Position numbers and translations under genes: made by a program
Source of the DNA: Neoechinorhynchus agilis
Lineage: Eukaryota; Animalia; Acanthocephala
Direction of reading: 5' to 3'
Assembly (NCBI GenBank): GCA_051530055.1
Contig: CM121341.1
Span: forward strand, 6,178,784-6,242,783
Length of the DNA: 64,000 nt
In this document: one piece after another, positions 29,161 to 40,585 of the stretch
Layout of the letters: the number at the start of each line of letters is the position of its first letter
Numbering within the stretch: position 1 is the first letter of the stretch
The notes under the pieces: generated by a model
Told to the model about the DNA's origin: nothing
The model's database searches: none
What the model saw: the letters and a program-made list of their open reading frames with translations, nothing else

Positions 29161-30056
29161 GCCAGTAATCGATTACATGCTGACGTTTTATGTTTTCTTT
29201 GAAAATTCTTTAAAGTGAACTTGACGACGCGGTAGAGAGCAGGTAGAATCTCTATGCGCAATCTGTTCATTGTAATTCTACACTCTAAATGAACTTTTCT
29301 AGCGAGTGATCGATGACATACTGACCTTTTATATTTTCTTCAAAGAAATTTCTACAGTGAAGTTGACGACGCGGTAGAGAGCAGGAAGAATCCGTATGCA
29401 CAAGGTGTTAATTGTAATTCAACACTCGAAACGATCTTTTTAGCGAGGGATCGATAACAATCTGGAGTTTTATAGTTTCTTCCAAGAATTTCTTTAAGTA
29501 AACTTGGCGACGCGGTAGAGAGCTGGAAGATTCTTTATAAGATATCTGTTCATTGTAGTTGCACATTCGAAATCAGCTTTTTTAGCGAGTGATCGATTCC
29601 ACACGAACGTTTTTTATTTTGTTCAAGAAATTCTTTAAATGAACTTGACGACGCGGTAGGGATCAGAAAGAATCCCAATGCGAAGCCCGTCCATTGTAGT
29701 TCTACACTCGAAATGAACTTTTTTTTAGGGTTTGATCGATTACATGCCACTTCAGCGGCGGCACGTAATCAAGACGTACTTTTTATTTTTATATCTACAT
29801 TGGTCAAATGCTTGTTGTCCTTCCTTCATTCGGCGAAAGGAAACTTCTTCCGGCTTCCCGTCATTCACGTGAAAGAAGTCGCCGCCATGCCACGTTTTAT
29901 ATTTTCAGGAAGAATCTATATGAAAAATCTGTTCGTTTTAGTTCTTCACTCGAAATGAACTTATTTTAGCGAGTGATCGATTGCATACTGACCTTTTATG
30001 TTTTCTTCGAAAAAAATCCTACAGTGAACTTGACGACGCGGTAGAGAGCTGGAAGA
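29161..30056. repeat. Diverged 141-142-bp monomers, ancestral form of the 283-bp satellite
   Basis: TGAACTTGACGACGC-type anchors at 29216, 29358, 29499, 29640 (periods 142, 141, 141) and 30025. Homologous to the non-insert half of the 283-mer. Confidence 0.93.
29751..29885. mobile_element. 135-bp insertion with 8-bp direct repeat (CATGCCAC) in an edge monomer; possible small non-autonomous DNA transposon
   Basis: CATGCCAC at 29743-29750 and 29886-29893; imperfect GCGGCG inverted termini; the monomer sequence resumes after it. Confidence 0.4.
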
Positions 30057-30450
30057 CTTTACGGATTTTTTCACGGCATATCTGATTTCATGTTGACGTT
30101 TTTATGTTTTGGAGCTTAATTTCGTGTCTTGTACTTAAATTGTGATTTGGTTGTTGTTTGTTTTCTGGGTTCTAAACAATTATTTTACGTTACTTTTTGT
30201 GGTTGAATTCGCTTTTCTTCATTAATGTTACGTTGGCCAAAGTATTGTTTTCTTTTTTTTATAAAACATAAATTGCGAAGTTGATAAATTAGATTTGCAC
30301 TGGCATCGATCAAATGCTTTATATTATTTTTGTTAAAATGTAAAAATAGGTTCATTTTAGACCATAGGTTGCCGACGTTGTTCACTATTTTTCACAACAA
30401 CGCTCTAATTACAAGCGCCGTTGAGCCCGGCTCGATTTTAGAGACAACTA

Positions 30451-30545
30451 AAATCATTGATTGTTGTTTTTCGAAGGATATTTTCATTTTTTAAACGTAT
30501 TTTTTAAACAACAATCAATGATTTTTCGAAGGATATTTTCTTATT
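30451..30545. repeat. Perfect 19-bp inverted repeat interleaved with a direct repeat (A-D-A'-D)
   Basis: AAATCATTGATTGTTGTTT (30451-30469) and its reverse complement (30506-30524), each followed by TTCGAAGGATATTTTC. Confidence 0.85.
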
Positions 30546-30721
30546 TTAAGCGTTTTTTTATTGCTTATTCGAGGTTTTTATGAGAACGTTTCGTGTTAAC
30601 TGTTGTTTTGTGTATTTACAACGAAACATTTTTTTGTGTTAGATTGGCTCTTCACATTGAATTTCACGATTTTTTAAACTTTGGCGTTCTTTAAGGCAGT
30701 ATCATCTCTTTCAGAGACTAA

Positions 30722-31912
30722 ATGAGCTTACTTAAATCAGCTCCAGAGGCTTCTTTAGCAGACGCATCGAAATTTTCCGAGGTTGTTAAGGACTTGCCCA
30801 CTGCTGACGTCCCATTCGATAAAGACACTTTTCTACAAAAATTCCAATCACTTCGTAGTAGCATTCAATATCCATCTCGCACTTTCGTAAATAATGTGCA
30901 GCGTCTGTTCGAGCTTTGTTCAGCAAAGCCCCATCGATTCCATCTGAGCTTTCAGCTGAAGGGTGAAAAATCCGATATGTTACAAGGTGTCATCTACCTC
31001 GATGGGGTAATGATGTCGGTCACTTCTCGTGGGAGAGGTAAAAGGGCCGTGAAGTCTCGATGTTTTGACATGTTGGCCGATAAATTGACCGACGTGAACA
31101 CTTGTGTTGAATTGCGAGAGAACGAAGGAGGTGCCATGGTTCTCGATTTCAAATCCTGCGTGAAACCACCCGAAACTTCAACACATCCAAGTCTTGCATT
31201 AACTCGTAGCGACGCTTCAACGAGTTCGCCATTTCCATCGTTCCTGGAAGGCTTGGTACTCAATGCTATTCCACGAGACTGTGATTACCGTGAAGCCGGC
31301 TCGAGCTATCGTCTCCGGTATCTTCTGGCTGCCGGACTCGATATGCTCGGCGACAACGTCATGAAGAGTCCTTCTGGCCTCAGTCCAGAGCCTTTGATTA
31401 TTCACTGGATGGTGCTCGGTTGGATGGGGATCTTCAGTAGGCATTTTAACCTTCTGAAAAGCCTTCAAATATAAGAGCATCATCCAGTGCGTCCAGGACT
31501 CCTCAATGAAATACGCCGTAGAATTCTCGATCTTCTTTCAAAGTATCCCATTCAAGCAGAATCTGCTCTAACTATTTTGATTAAGTGCATAAGTGGACAA
31601 ACACCTACGATGATTCCCTCGTGGATTGCTGAACGATGCCTTGATCCGATGGGATTTGGGTGCGTTTTCATGCTCGACTACGTCGTAATCAGTGAGTTCT
31701 GTGCTGCGAGCAGCTTGAAAGAAGCAAGGGAGGCCGCTTCTCGAAGTGCTGTTAGGCGTCTTATTCAGCCTATCATTTCTATTGAGAAGGTCACCGTGCC
31801 AACACTCGAGCTTATCGTCGTGGAACAGAGTCATAAATACGCCGGATTTCCACCCATTTATTGTATGAAAATCAAGGTGATCGAGGCCGAGAATAACGCG
31901 TTAGTTCACTAG
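30722..31912 (+). CDS. Hypothetical protein with two divergent dsRBD-like modules (NKRF/CARF-like architecture, tentative)
   Basis: Two same-frame ORFs (30722-31474, 31487-31912) joinable by a 39-nt GT-AG intron 31437-31475; modules end in dsRBD-like helices (SRGRGKRAVKSRCFDMLADKL; AASSLKEAREAASRSAVRRL). Confidence 0.45.
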
Positions 31913-32199
31913 TGCAAAAGTTGGTTATTATATGCGTTGTTTGAAATAAATGACAAATTAATTATATGGATGCAACTTTTATTTGGAGTAAACGATATTT
32001 TGAATTGCCATATATTTTTTTGCGAGCAATTCAAAATATCCTTTTATCCCCAAAAGGACTCCAATTCTACCATTCCGGACGATACTCTCGATTATTTTAA
32101 TTTGTTAGATGCACCTTCATCGTTTTTGGTCGATATCGAATTTTTTTTAGTTCGATCATTATTTTTTTCACAATAGATTATTTTTTTACTAGATTGAGA

Positions 32200-35132
32200 A
32201 TGCGTCCATTGATCCTATATCAGACGATGGATTCAAATGGTCATTTAAGAGGTTTGCCGAAAATCACGTGGAATTGTCGCCGAGAATTAATCATTCATGA
32301 TATCCAATATATGGTGCAAATGAAAGATGATGACTTTTTTAAAGAGGTGAACTATGTTAATTGTATCGATCCGTCTCACTGATGGCCGTATGTAGCTGCT
32401 AAATAATAGTGTTGGATTAAAAGAAATGTTGGACTCATTTTTTTCATATTATTCGAACGAGTAAGTCAATGTTTTTTAAAGCATATATCAACATTTTGTA
32501 GGGACAAACGGGAGGATTGTCGTGATCCATTATCTTTATATTCCTTATTATTTAAACTGATTCAAAGGGTAAGTTCATTTCGGATATGAACTTTTTTTCA
32601 AATCCAATAGATTGTCGAGAATGCTGACGTTGAAACTATTTACTCCATTTTTGCGTTTGAAACCTTGCTTGATGCCATTAATATATACAAGCAGTCGGAT
32701 CATCACAATGCCCTCCAGAAACTGCTTTCTGATTTGTTTAAAAGACAATCAAATTATTTTACTAATGATGTCTCCAAATGTGTCAAGTTTATGCAGAAGG
32801 TAAAAGTTTAAATTTGCTGGCAGTACGAATTATGTGTTATTTTTTTATAAGGTAATTAAAACCCTTAACGATTCTCTTGAGAACGAAGAAAGCGAAGAGT
32901 CAAGACAAGAACTACTCGTTGAGAATTTAGATCTGATGGAAAATCTGACCGAAACATTGTCCAGCTTGACATGTCACTCTGAGATTTGCGAATTTCTAAC
33001 TGAGATCGAGGTACAGAACCAGCAATGGAGCGAAGAAACTTTATTGTCTGCTAATGACGATACACAACGATCGACGATCTTTAGGTGCCATATCTCCCAA
33101 TCCAAGTTCAATATGTATATTGTTCTTTACGTCGCTTTTAGAATGCTGAAGTTGATCGATCAATTGTTTTCAATTGGATGTTTGATATTGGAGAATAACG
33201 ACGTTGTTATAAACCGACGTCTTGTACAGTTAATGATCAATGCTTCTATCTCAACAAATCTCAAATGTTTTGGCTACTTGATTCGTTCGCATCTTAATTG
33301 GAGTTTCCCGAATTTTCCTTGAGATTCGTTGATCTACAGCATTCGAAAACTGTCTACGAAACGTATATTTTAAACGTATCTTAAACGCACACGGAAACCA
33401 GCACGAGATGTAAGTTACACATTTTTTGCGGTTTAAAATTATCTTCCTTTTTTATTATTTGAGTGAAATTGTGCTTGAAAGATTATTGCCAGAACTCATG
33501 GAAGTATTTGGACTTTTAAAGTTAGTACAAACGTAAATAGTTAAAGCGTTTATTATAATTTAGTTTCTTGGCAATATACAACGAAATATATCCGATCGAT
33601 AATTCTATTTCAGAATTACAATCGTTGACAAATAGTGGAATGTGAGTCAGTTTATTTTGGATCGTGCAAAAATAATGCGGTTCTTACACAGTAAATATGA
33701 ATTCCCCAGACTTACAATCTAGGGAAAAAACGTCAAGGCTCTTGTGTTAACTAAGTGTTTAGAACATCCTATACTCGGCTTTTTTGAATCATAACGCCAC
33801 ACCGATCTCTTATATATATCAGAGAAGTGATTGAATCACTTAGGCTCTCAAAAATATGCGGTTATGAGTTTTGTGTTCAACATTCAGTATCCTCAGATAC
33901 CTCCCGAGGAGACGTTTGTTTATGAGTCATCAGCGATCGTGGATTTGAACCCTTCGACCTGAAACCTCGACTACTGCGGAATTTCCTTTGGGCAATGAAT
34001 CCCGCCTCCTCCTTCTCCACGGGAGGTATCTTAGGATACTGAATGTTGAGTACAAAACTCATGACCGTATATTTTTAAGAGTCTAAGTGATTCAATCGCT
34101 TCTCTGATATATATAAGAGATCGGTGTGGCTGTGTGCCTAAAACCAAAAAAAGTCGAGTAAGGAATGCTCTAAACACTTAATTATTAGCTGAATTCAATG
34201 CCACTTGTTTAAACAGAATCGTAAAATGATCGAAATTCTTTACTTTTAACAGAATTGGAAGCTAGCCTTCGATTGTTATTTAGTGATTCATCTGACCATC
34301 ATTTCGAGAATCTTAGATCCAAAGTGCACGTGAACTACATGATGAAGTTTCTCCGACAAGCCAATGTAAAAGTGTTTGGGCAATCTGATTTTGGAATTGA
34401 TTTCGTCGAGGAAAATGGGAGCTGCATTGATGATACCGTCAATACTCTGAATGAAATTCAGAAAGTAAAGGAGGTATTTCCTGATTTGAGCGAGAATTTT
34501 ATCATGGTATTCTGGTCTGTGTGTGTGTGTTATTTTTCATCAGCAGCTCTTCTTAGATTTGCCTGGAGTCGCTCACTACAAGTGAAGCTCTGATTAGCGC
34601 TCTTCTTGAAGAGAATCTTCCACCCGGACTTATAGAACTGAAAGATTCGGATAAGACAATTCATAATTTTGAAAATGAAGCTAGCATTTACACATGCGGT
34701 GGTGAGTCTGATACCAACCGTACGGCTTATAAAGGCAACCGAGCAACAAATGAATCGGGGAATGACCGGAAGATGTTGAACGCAATAACACTAGAGTTAG
34801 CCGCTTCGATTGCCGACAATGAGAAAGTATCAGATGGTTTTCTTGATATGTATTTACAAAACGACAATTATAAGATATCTGACGAGGAAGTTAATCTTGA
34901 GTATGATGATGATCATTACGAGAATCAGGTAGATGTGGCCGCTGATGATTCTGGAATCTTACACCACGAGGAGAAGAATGAATCAGTCGCTGAAATGCGG
35001 CTTCCTTCAAATCAGAGGGCCAATGTCCAGCGTACGACAGAACAACAAGGAAACATACATAAAACTAAGAAAAAAGGAAAGCAAAAAGGCGGATTCTTTA
35101 GTTTCCATGGAGCATGTAGAAGGAGACAATAG
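32200..35132 (+). CDS. ASCC2: Activating signal cointegrator 1 complex subunit 2 (CUE domain), multi-exon
   Basis: Spliced translation gives LQKLLSDLFKRQSNYF (ASCC2 LLQKMIGNIFTQQPSYY), CUE motif VKEVFPDLSENFIM|ICLE...LISALLEENL, and an acidic EYDDDHYENQV segment; GT-AG introns at 32461-32501 and 32569-32610. Confidence 0.8.
33748..34184. mobile_element. Foldback/MITE-like element: about 160-bp inverted arms around an about 113-bp spacer, inside an ASCC2 intron
   Basis: 33748-33906 is the reverse complement of 34020-34184, with 8 substitutions over the inner ~110 bp; possible TA flanks. Confidence 0.85.
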
Positions 35133-35359
35133 CATTGTCCGGCCGATAAGATCACCATAAATGTCGCTACTTATTGCTGATTTACCACCAGAACGAACAT
35201 TTGAAAACGGTTGTTGTTGTTGTGTACGACGACTATAATCGAAATGCTAAAGGATAACTTTTTATTTAATAATGTCGATATGTGCTAGGAGGTATTGCGA
35301 GGGGGGGGAGAGAATGTGATTATTGGAATTATGGCTGCAAGTCTTCACACTCGCAATGA

Positions 35360-35765
35360 TTATTTCGATAAAAACGGAAGTTCTGTGAACCTTGTCGGGT
35401 GTAGATATAATTCCAATAACTTTATTTAAGCACTCAATTTTCATAGTTTTGATCTTACTTTTAAAATGCAGATTACATCAAGTAGCCGCATGGTCATCAT
35501 TTCTTCTCCATGATTACCAATGCGATTGTATAGAAATAACAGGGAAGCGTGTCTAAATCGGGCTAACGTCTCTCCAAAATCTTGTTCGAATTGTAGTTTG
35601 TCAGCACAAAAAAACTAGTCGTTCAAAAACTAGCTGGAGTCGATGATCAGAGAGTGTTTATTCGCTCATAAAAGGACTAACGTTCAATTTCGCCGTTTCC
35701 GGTCGCTGAAAATCGGCATTTCTAAGCACATAGATACAAACGGTAACATCAAAATGCAATTTAAC
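35360..35765 (-). CDS. Small hypothetical multi-exon gene between ASCC2 and GBA2
   Basis: Exons joined by GTTAGT..TAG and GTAAGA..AAG introns read ...VCIYVLRNADFQRPETAKLN|FFCADKLQFEQDFGETLARFRHASLLFLYNR...ICILK|LLELYLHPTRFTELPFLSK*. Start not located. Confidence 0.35.
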
Positions 35766-36030
35766 TGATTTCAGCAGCAATCATAGTGTGTTATTGCAGG
35801 TAAGTGGCTTAAACGTGGTCCCAACGGTCACCTTCAAAAAAGACGATTGCTCTTTTCATAGAGCACGAATTTTTCATCATAATGTTTCCAGTAAAGGGAT
35901 AAAAGGGTAACACTTCTTTGTGGTGTTATGAAAGACGTTTAGACATTTCCATTGCTCACGCCTGATTCACGAATTCGTGTACCCAAAAAAAAGTTCGTGT
36001 TGGATTTTGCAGATATCTAAAAGCGGTTTT

Positions 36031-39000
36031 ATGCAAACGGACGATGGCGAATCACTGTGGTATCGTACAGAAGGTGCTGGATATCAATGGGATTCATCGT
36101 GGAAACCATTTGCTTTTGGTTCATTGAGACAGATGATGAAGTTCCTTAGACACATCCCAAAGTAATCAAATTTTTTGGATAAACACTGAATAATTTTTTT
36201 GTACTATGTAACAATAGCTTTATTCGCTTGATAGCGTATAGACGAGCCAAGAAGCAACCGTCGATTTCAACCATCTTCAAACACAAAAGTCTCGTACCGA
36301 TATACGGAGCTCCAATTGGTGGGATTGGCAGTGGAACTATCGGTCGTGGTTACATGGGTGAGTTCTGCAGATATCAACTTCGACCTGGTATCTATGACCA
36401 TGGTACGTGTTATGGAACCACCGTGAGTTTTTTCAAGTTTAGCCTCGCTACAAATTCAGTCAAATTTAGTTTCTGTTGACAGTAAGACGGCATAACCAAC
36501 TGCTTTACCAGTATTTGTTGACTAGAAGACCTACAAACAAAGAAAAAAGTTCCATGAGTATCGGCTTAAGGTGTTTCAGTTGCGTATATCAAAGGCATAC
36601 TTAAAAAGGGGGTACAATATGCTTTTGATGCTTAAGTTCTAGCTCAGTGAGTTACCGAGCAATGTATCCATTAGCTTACTACACCTATAAGTTGCCTTTT
36701 CTACGTTTGACCTGTCGACAATTATCCCCCTTTTTACCACATAATTACAAAGACTCGTGTTTGCCTGTCGGTATGTTCGAATGGACGATAGATTGCTTAA
36801 AAGACGACATGGAGGTCACTTTGAGTCTACTCTGGCAAGCAGGGTCCAGTTCGTGTCATTTTCTTAGTGCTCGAAGTAAACCAATCAGTTTAGAACGAGT
36901 ACAGATGACTAACGTCGAATGCTCAGAATTTAATACTGAAACAATCTGCGGAATTCAAACAAAAGGACTTTATGCCGGAACACCGCTCACTTTCGTAACG
37001 AGCGTACACTGTGGAAATGTAGTATTTCTCGTTTGGTATTACTTAGAATTTTACGTTTAAAATTAGAGCAATCATTTCATAAAGACACACCAAAATACCC
37101 TTGATTCTAGTTTATTGTTAGCTTAATCCATTTTCGAATTTATTGTTTTTATTTGTGGGTAAAGAATGACTATCAACTTAACAAAATCGAATAGGAGATT
37201 GAGATAACAAAGAAGTGTTCATTTGATCCAACTTCAGTGAGTTCGAGTATGAAACTTTGGAAAGAGCTCATGGAGACCGGTCAAGTTACTGAGGGATCAA
37301 CAATTTTCAGGCATAACATTTCAGTCCTGTCCGCCAAAGTACGACCAAACGCCAATGTATCACAAACTATAAAGTTTGGGATAGGTTGGCACACACCAAA
37401 GGTTCACTTTGAGAACTTTGAATATGAAAGGTAACGAAATTAAACTTTATTTTATAGACCAATCTTAAACTACAGGTTCTATACTACTTATTTTGACGAT
37501 CGCAGCGAAGATGCCGCGGTCGAGATAGTGAAATACGCTCATCGCAATCACGACGTATGGAATGCGGCCATAGTTCAATGGCAGAATAACGTTATCCAAA
37601 ATGCGTACGGGTTTGAGCAGAGAATCATTTTATTCATTTCAATGTGTACCGCAGAGATCTGACGCACATTTGCCAAGCTAGCATATTTAATGAGCTTTAT
37701 TATATTGCTGACGGTGGAACACTGTGGTTGAAAGGAACTCTACACGATCACGACTTTGTAAAACAGTGGGGGAAGTTTGCGATTCTTGAAGGTACTTATA
37801 TGGTTCATTTTAAATTTAAGGAAACGGGCGCTTTTGGTAAGCACATCACTAACGTGCAGAAGTGCGTTTTCTTCCTTTTATATCTGATTTTAGTCCATCA
37901 AAACGTGATCGTTTCACCGGTTACCGTTAATTCTTAATTTTGAAAGGATTTTGTAAGATATTGTTAAAATCATCATTTCTTTTTTTGTTCAGGTGGAAGT
38001 ACCAAAAATTCTCAATTTGTTCCAGAGCTCTCTTTAGGAAATAACATTTTTCTTTGATAAAAGAGAAAATTTACCGTTTTGATCAAAATTGAACGTTGCA
38101 ACAAACTAATGTTTTGATAAGAATCGACAATCAGTTTGTGGCTTGACCTCATTTTCTACAAAATTTGTAAGTTCGCCAATGAAAATGGTCCCCAGTTGCT
38201 GCTTGGTGATTACCATTTGTGGTCAGGATGCTTTCTGCAAGCAAAAAAGGTCTAAAATGAGCTTCTACCAGCCAATAGACTGGCATATCACTTTTCAAGT
38301 TAAACAAAAACATTAAGCGCTAAAACTAAATTGCGTTGCTGCAATCGATATTGTGTTTCTATTCGGGATTTATAAAAACAACTACATTCCGAAAGGCCAA
38401 AGCAAAACAAATAAGCTCACAAATGTACGACATCATATTTGTTTTAAAGGTCAAGGAATGCAATTATACAACACACTGGACGTACTGTACTATGCATCGA
38501 TAGCCATAATTGATTTATTTCCGAATCTACAGCTCTCTATTCAGTATGCGTTTGGTACGTCGTAGAAAGGGCGATATAGTCGCAACTCTGAATTGTTCAT
38601 AGCTGAGGCAATACTTTCTGAAGACAAAGAAATAGTAGCCTTTCTCACAAGTCCACCGGCTCAACGGAAAGTTAGAAATACGTGTCCACACGACATGGGA
38701 AGTCCATGTAAGTTCGAGACTCCAAAGACAGTAATTATATTGTGTTTATGTCTACAGTCGAGCACCCTTGGACTAAGCTGAATTCCTTTCCGATCTCAAA
38801 CACAACCGACTGGAAAGACTTGAATTCGAAGTTCGTACTGATGGTCTATCGAGATTATGTTTGGACAAATAACAATAACTTCTTAAAGGATATGTGGCCG
38901 TCTGTTAAGGTAAAATTATTTTTCTTTTTGTAGTTATGCTACAAATGGTGTGTAAAGGCCGTTTTGGAGTGTATGAAATCGCAGGATTTGAACGGCGATG

Positions 39001-39976
39001 GAGTTGTTGACAATTGCGGTTCTGATCAGACTTTTGATACGTGGTCCATGTTCGGCCTAAGGTATTGAATGTATCTATACCTTTTTATCAAAATAACGTC
39101 GTATATTCAGCGCCTACTGTGCTGGTCTCCAAATGTGTGCCATAAATGCGGCTCTCTACATGGCCATTATTCTCCAAGATGATGACATTTCTAAAGAATT
39201 ATCCATGTGGTTATGTCAAGGTCATTCTGATGAGCGGGGCACAGAAATCCTGATGAATGCCTTGAGTAGAAAATATAATGACAACCGTACAAACAAAACT
39301 CTGGAACGGTGTGAGCATCCTTTAGTGAGAAAAAACGACTCTTCTTTTTAGGTTACTACTTTAATTTTGACTGCAGAAAATCGAGTGTATTCATGAGTGC
39401 TCAGTTGTCCGGTCTCTTCATGCTTCTGCAGACGAATATGGATGTAGAAAAAGTAAGTTCGAGTGGCTCTGTGGCGACATTAAATTCACACACGCGTACG
39501 TAACAGATTTACCCCCGAGAACAAGTCGAATCAATCCTGTACTCGTTGATGAACTATAATCTCGATTTAAAACTTGGATTTATTAATGGGACGACCGCAA
39601 CTGGCGACATTGAACGTTCTAGCATTCAAAGTGAAGAAGTTTGGGTGGGCACAACGTTTTCAATTTTATCCATGCTTATCCATTATGTTCGTGTTATGTT
39701 TCTCTATTTTCCCTAAATAGTGGTGTTAAGGGAATGAAAGATGCAGCTATAAACGTTCTGGAGAGGATTTTCCGTACTTACTACTACGAACTTGGACTAG
39801 CTTTTCAAACTCCAGAATCACTGAGCGCCCGTAAAAAATACAGACATCTCGGATATCTACGACCGTTGGCAATATGGTCCATCTTTACGACTTTACGAAG
39901 CTTAAATTCATTGCAGGCAACAGAGGATAATTCCGATCACCTGATCGGCGAATCCGTCTCTGTTGAGCATCAATGA
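36031..39976 (+). CDS. GBA2: Non-lysosomal glucosylceramidase (GH116), multi-exon
   Basis: Motifs [104 protein letters not shown]; GT-AG introns restore the frame. Confidence 0.95.
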
Positions 39977-40287
39977 TTCTAGCTGCTAACTTGAGACGAC
40001 AAAACTGTAATTCCTAATAATCGCATAATGAACTTTATAAGCAATGACATCAGTAAGCAATAAATCGAGAGCAGTAATTATTTGATTAAGATTGCCATCC
40101 CAACGATCAAATTTTGAGATGCCAAACAGAAGGACCTAACACAAAAATCACCGCCCATTCCTTCCAATTTTCTGATCAAAACTTGTGGCTGTCCGTCATT
40201 AGAACGACGAAAAAAAAGTAAATAAGTGACCTCGACCGTATTCCTGTTTGAGTCTCCTCATAAAAAAACTGTTTTTGTTTATTCAGC

Positions 40288-40585
40288 CACACGTGTGTGG
40301 ACGTGGACACCTTCGCAGTAAGCAACATTCCCTACTCTCTCGAAATCACTGGAGGTGCAGCGGAAGGGAGGAAGGTACGAAAATATAGGGATTTAGCAAG
40401 TATTTTGTCCCCTTCAGAGTAGAGACGTGTGGAGCGCTTGGCAGCTCGGCACTCTGCTCCAGGATCTCTCGAAGAAATTGAGAGAAACGACCGGCGACGC
40501 ACGAGCAGGTGTATTCCTTCGAAAAAATATCTCGCTTGCAGTACAACGAGGCAGCCGAGGAAGGAGAGAAGCTACGATTTTGCGG
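40288..40585 (+). pseudogene. Decayed C-terminal fragment of an RLE-type (CRE-like) non-LTR retrotransposon
   Basis: Across frameshifts: TCVDVDTFA..GGAAEGRKVRKYRDL, YFVPFRVETCGA, LLQDLSKKLRETTGDARAGVFLRKNISLAVQRG, matching the RLE tail pattern FVPxAVETxG..FLxQRLSxAVQRGN. Confidence 0.75.

Noticed and set aside
31472-31474. Stop-codon reassignment or readthrough (in-frame TAA between two ORFs)
   Set aside because: A 39-nt GT-AG intron removes it, and the long conserved ORFs of WDHD1, SPOP-like and UTP11 have no internal TAA/TAG/TGA, consistent with the standard code.
33935-33985. tRNA gene in the foldback spacer
   Set aside because: Only a B-box-like motif is present; T-stem pairing is poor, the A-B spacing is too short, and no cloverleaf forms.
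36558-36642. Two ultra-short introns (22 and 31 nt) in GBA2
   Set aside because: The phases do not match; one 72-nt GT-AG intron (36571-36642) restores the frame and the expected spacing to the YRAMYP motif.
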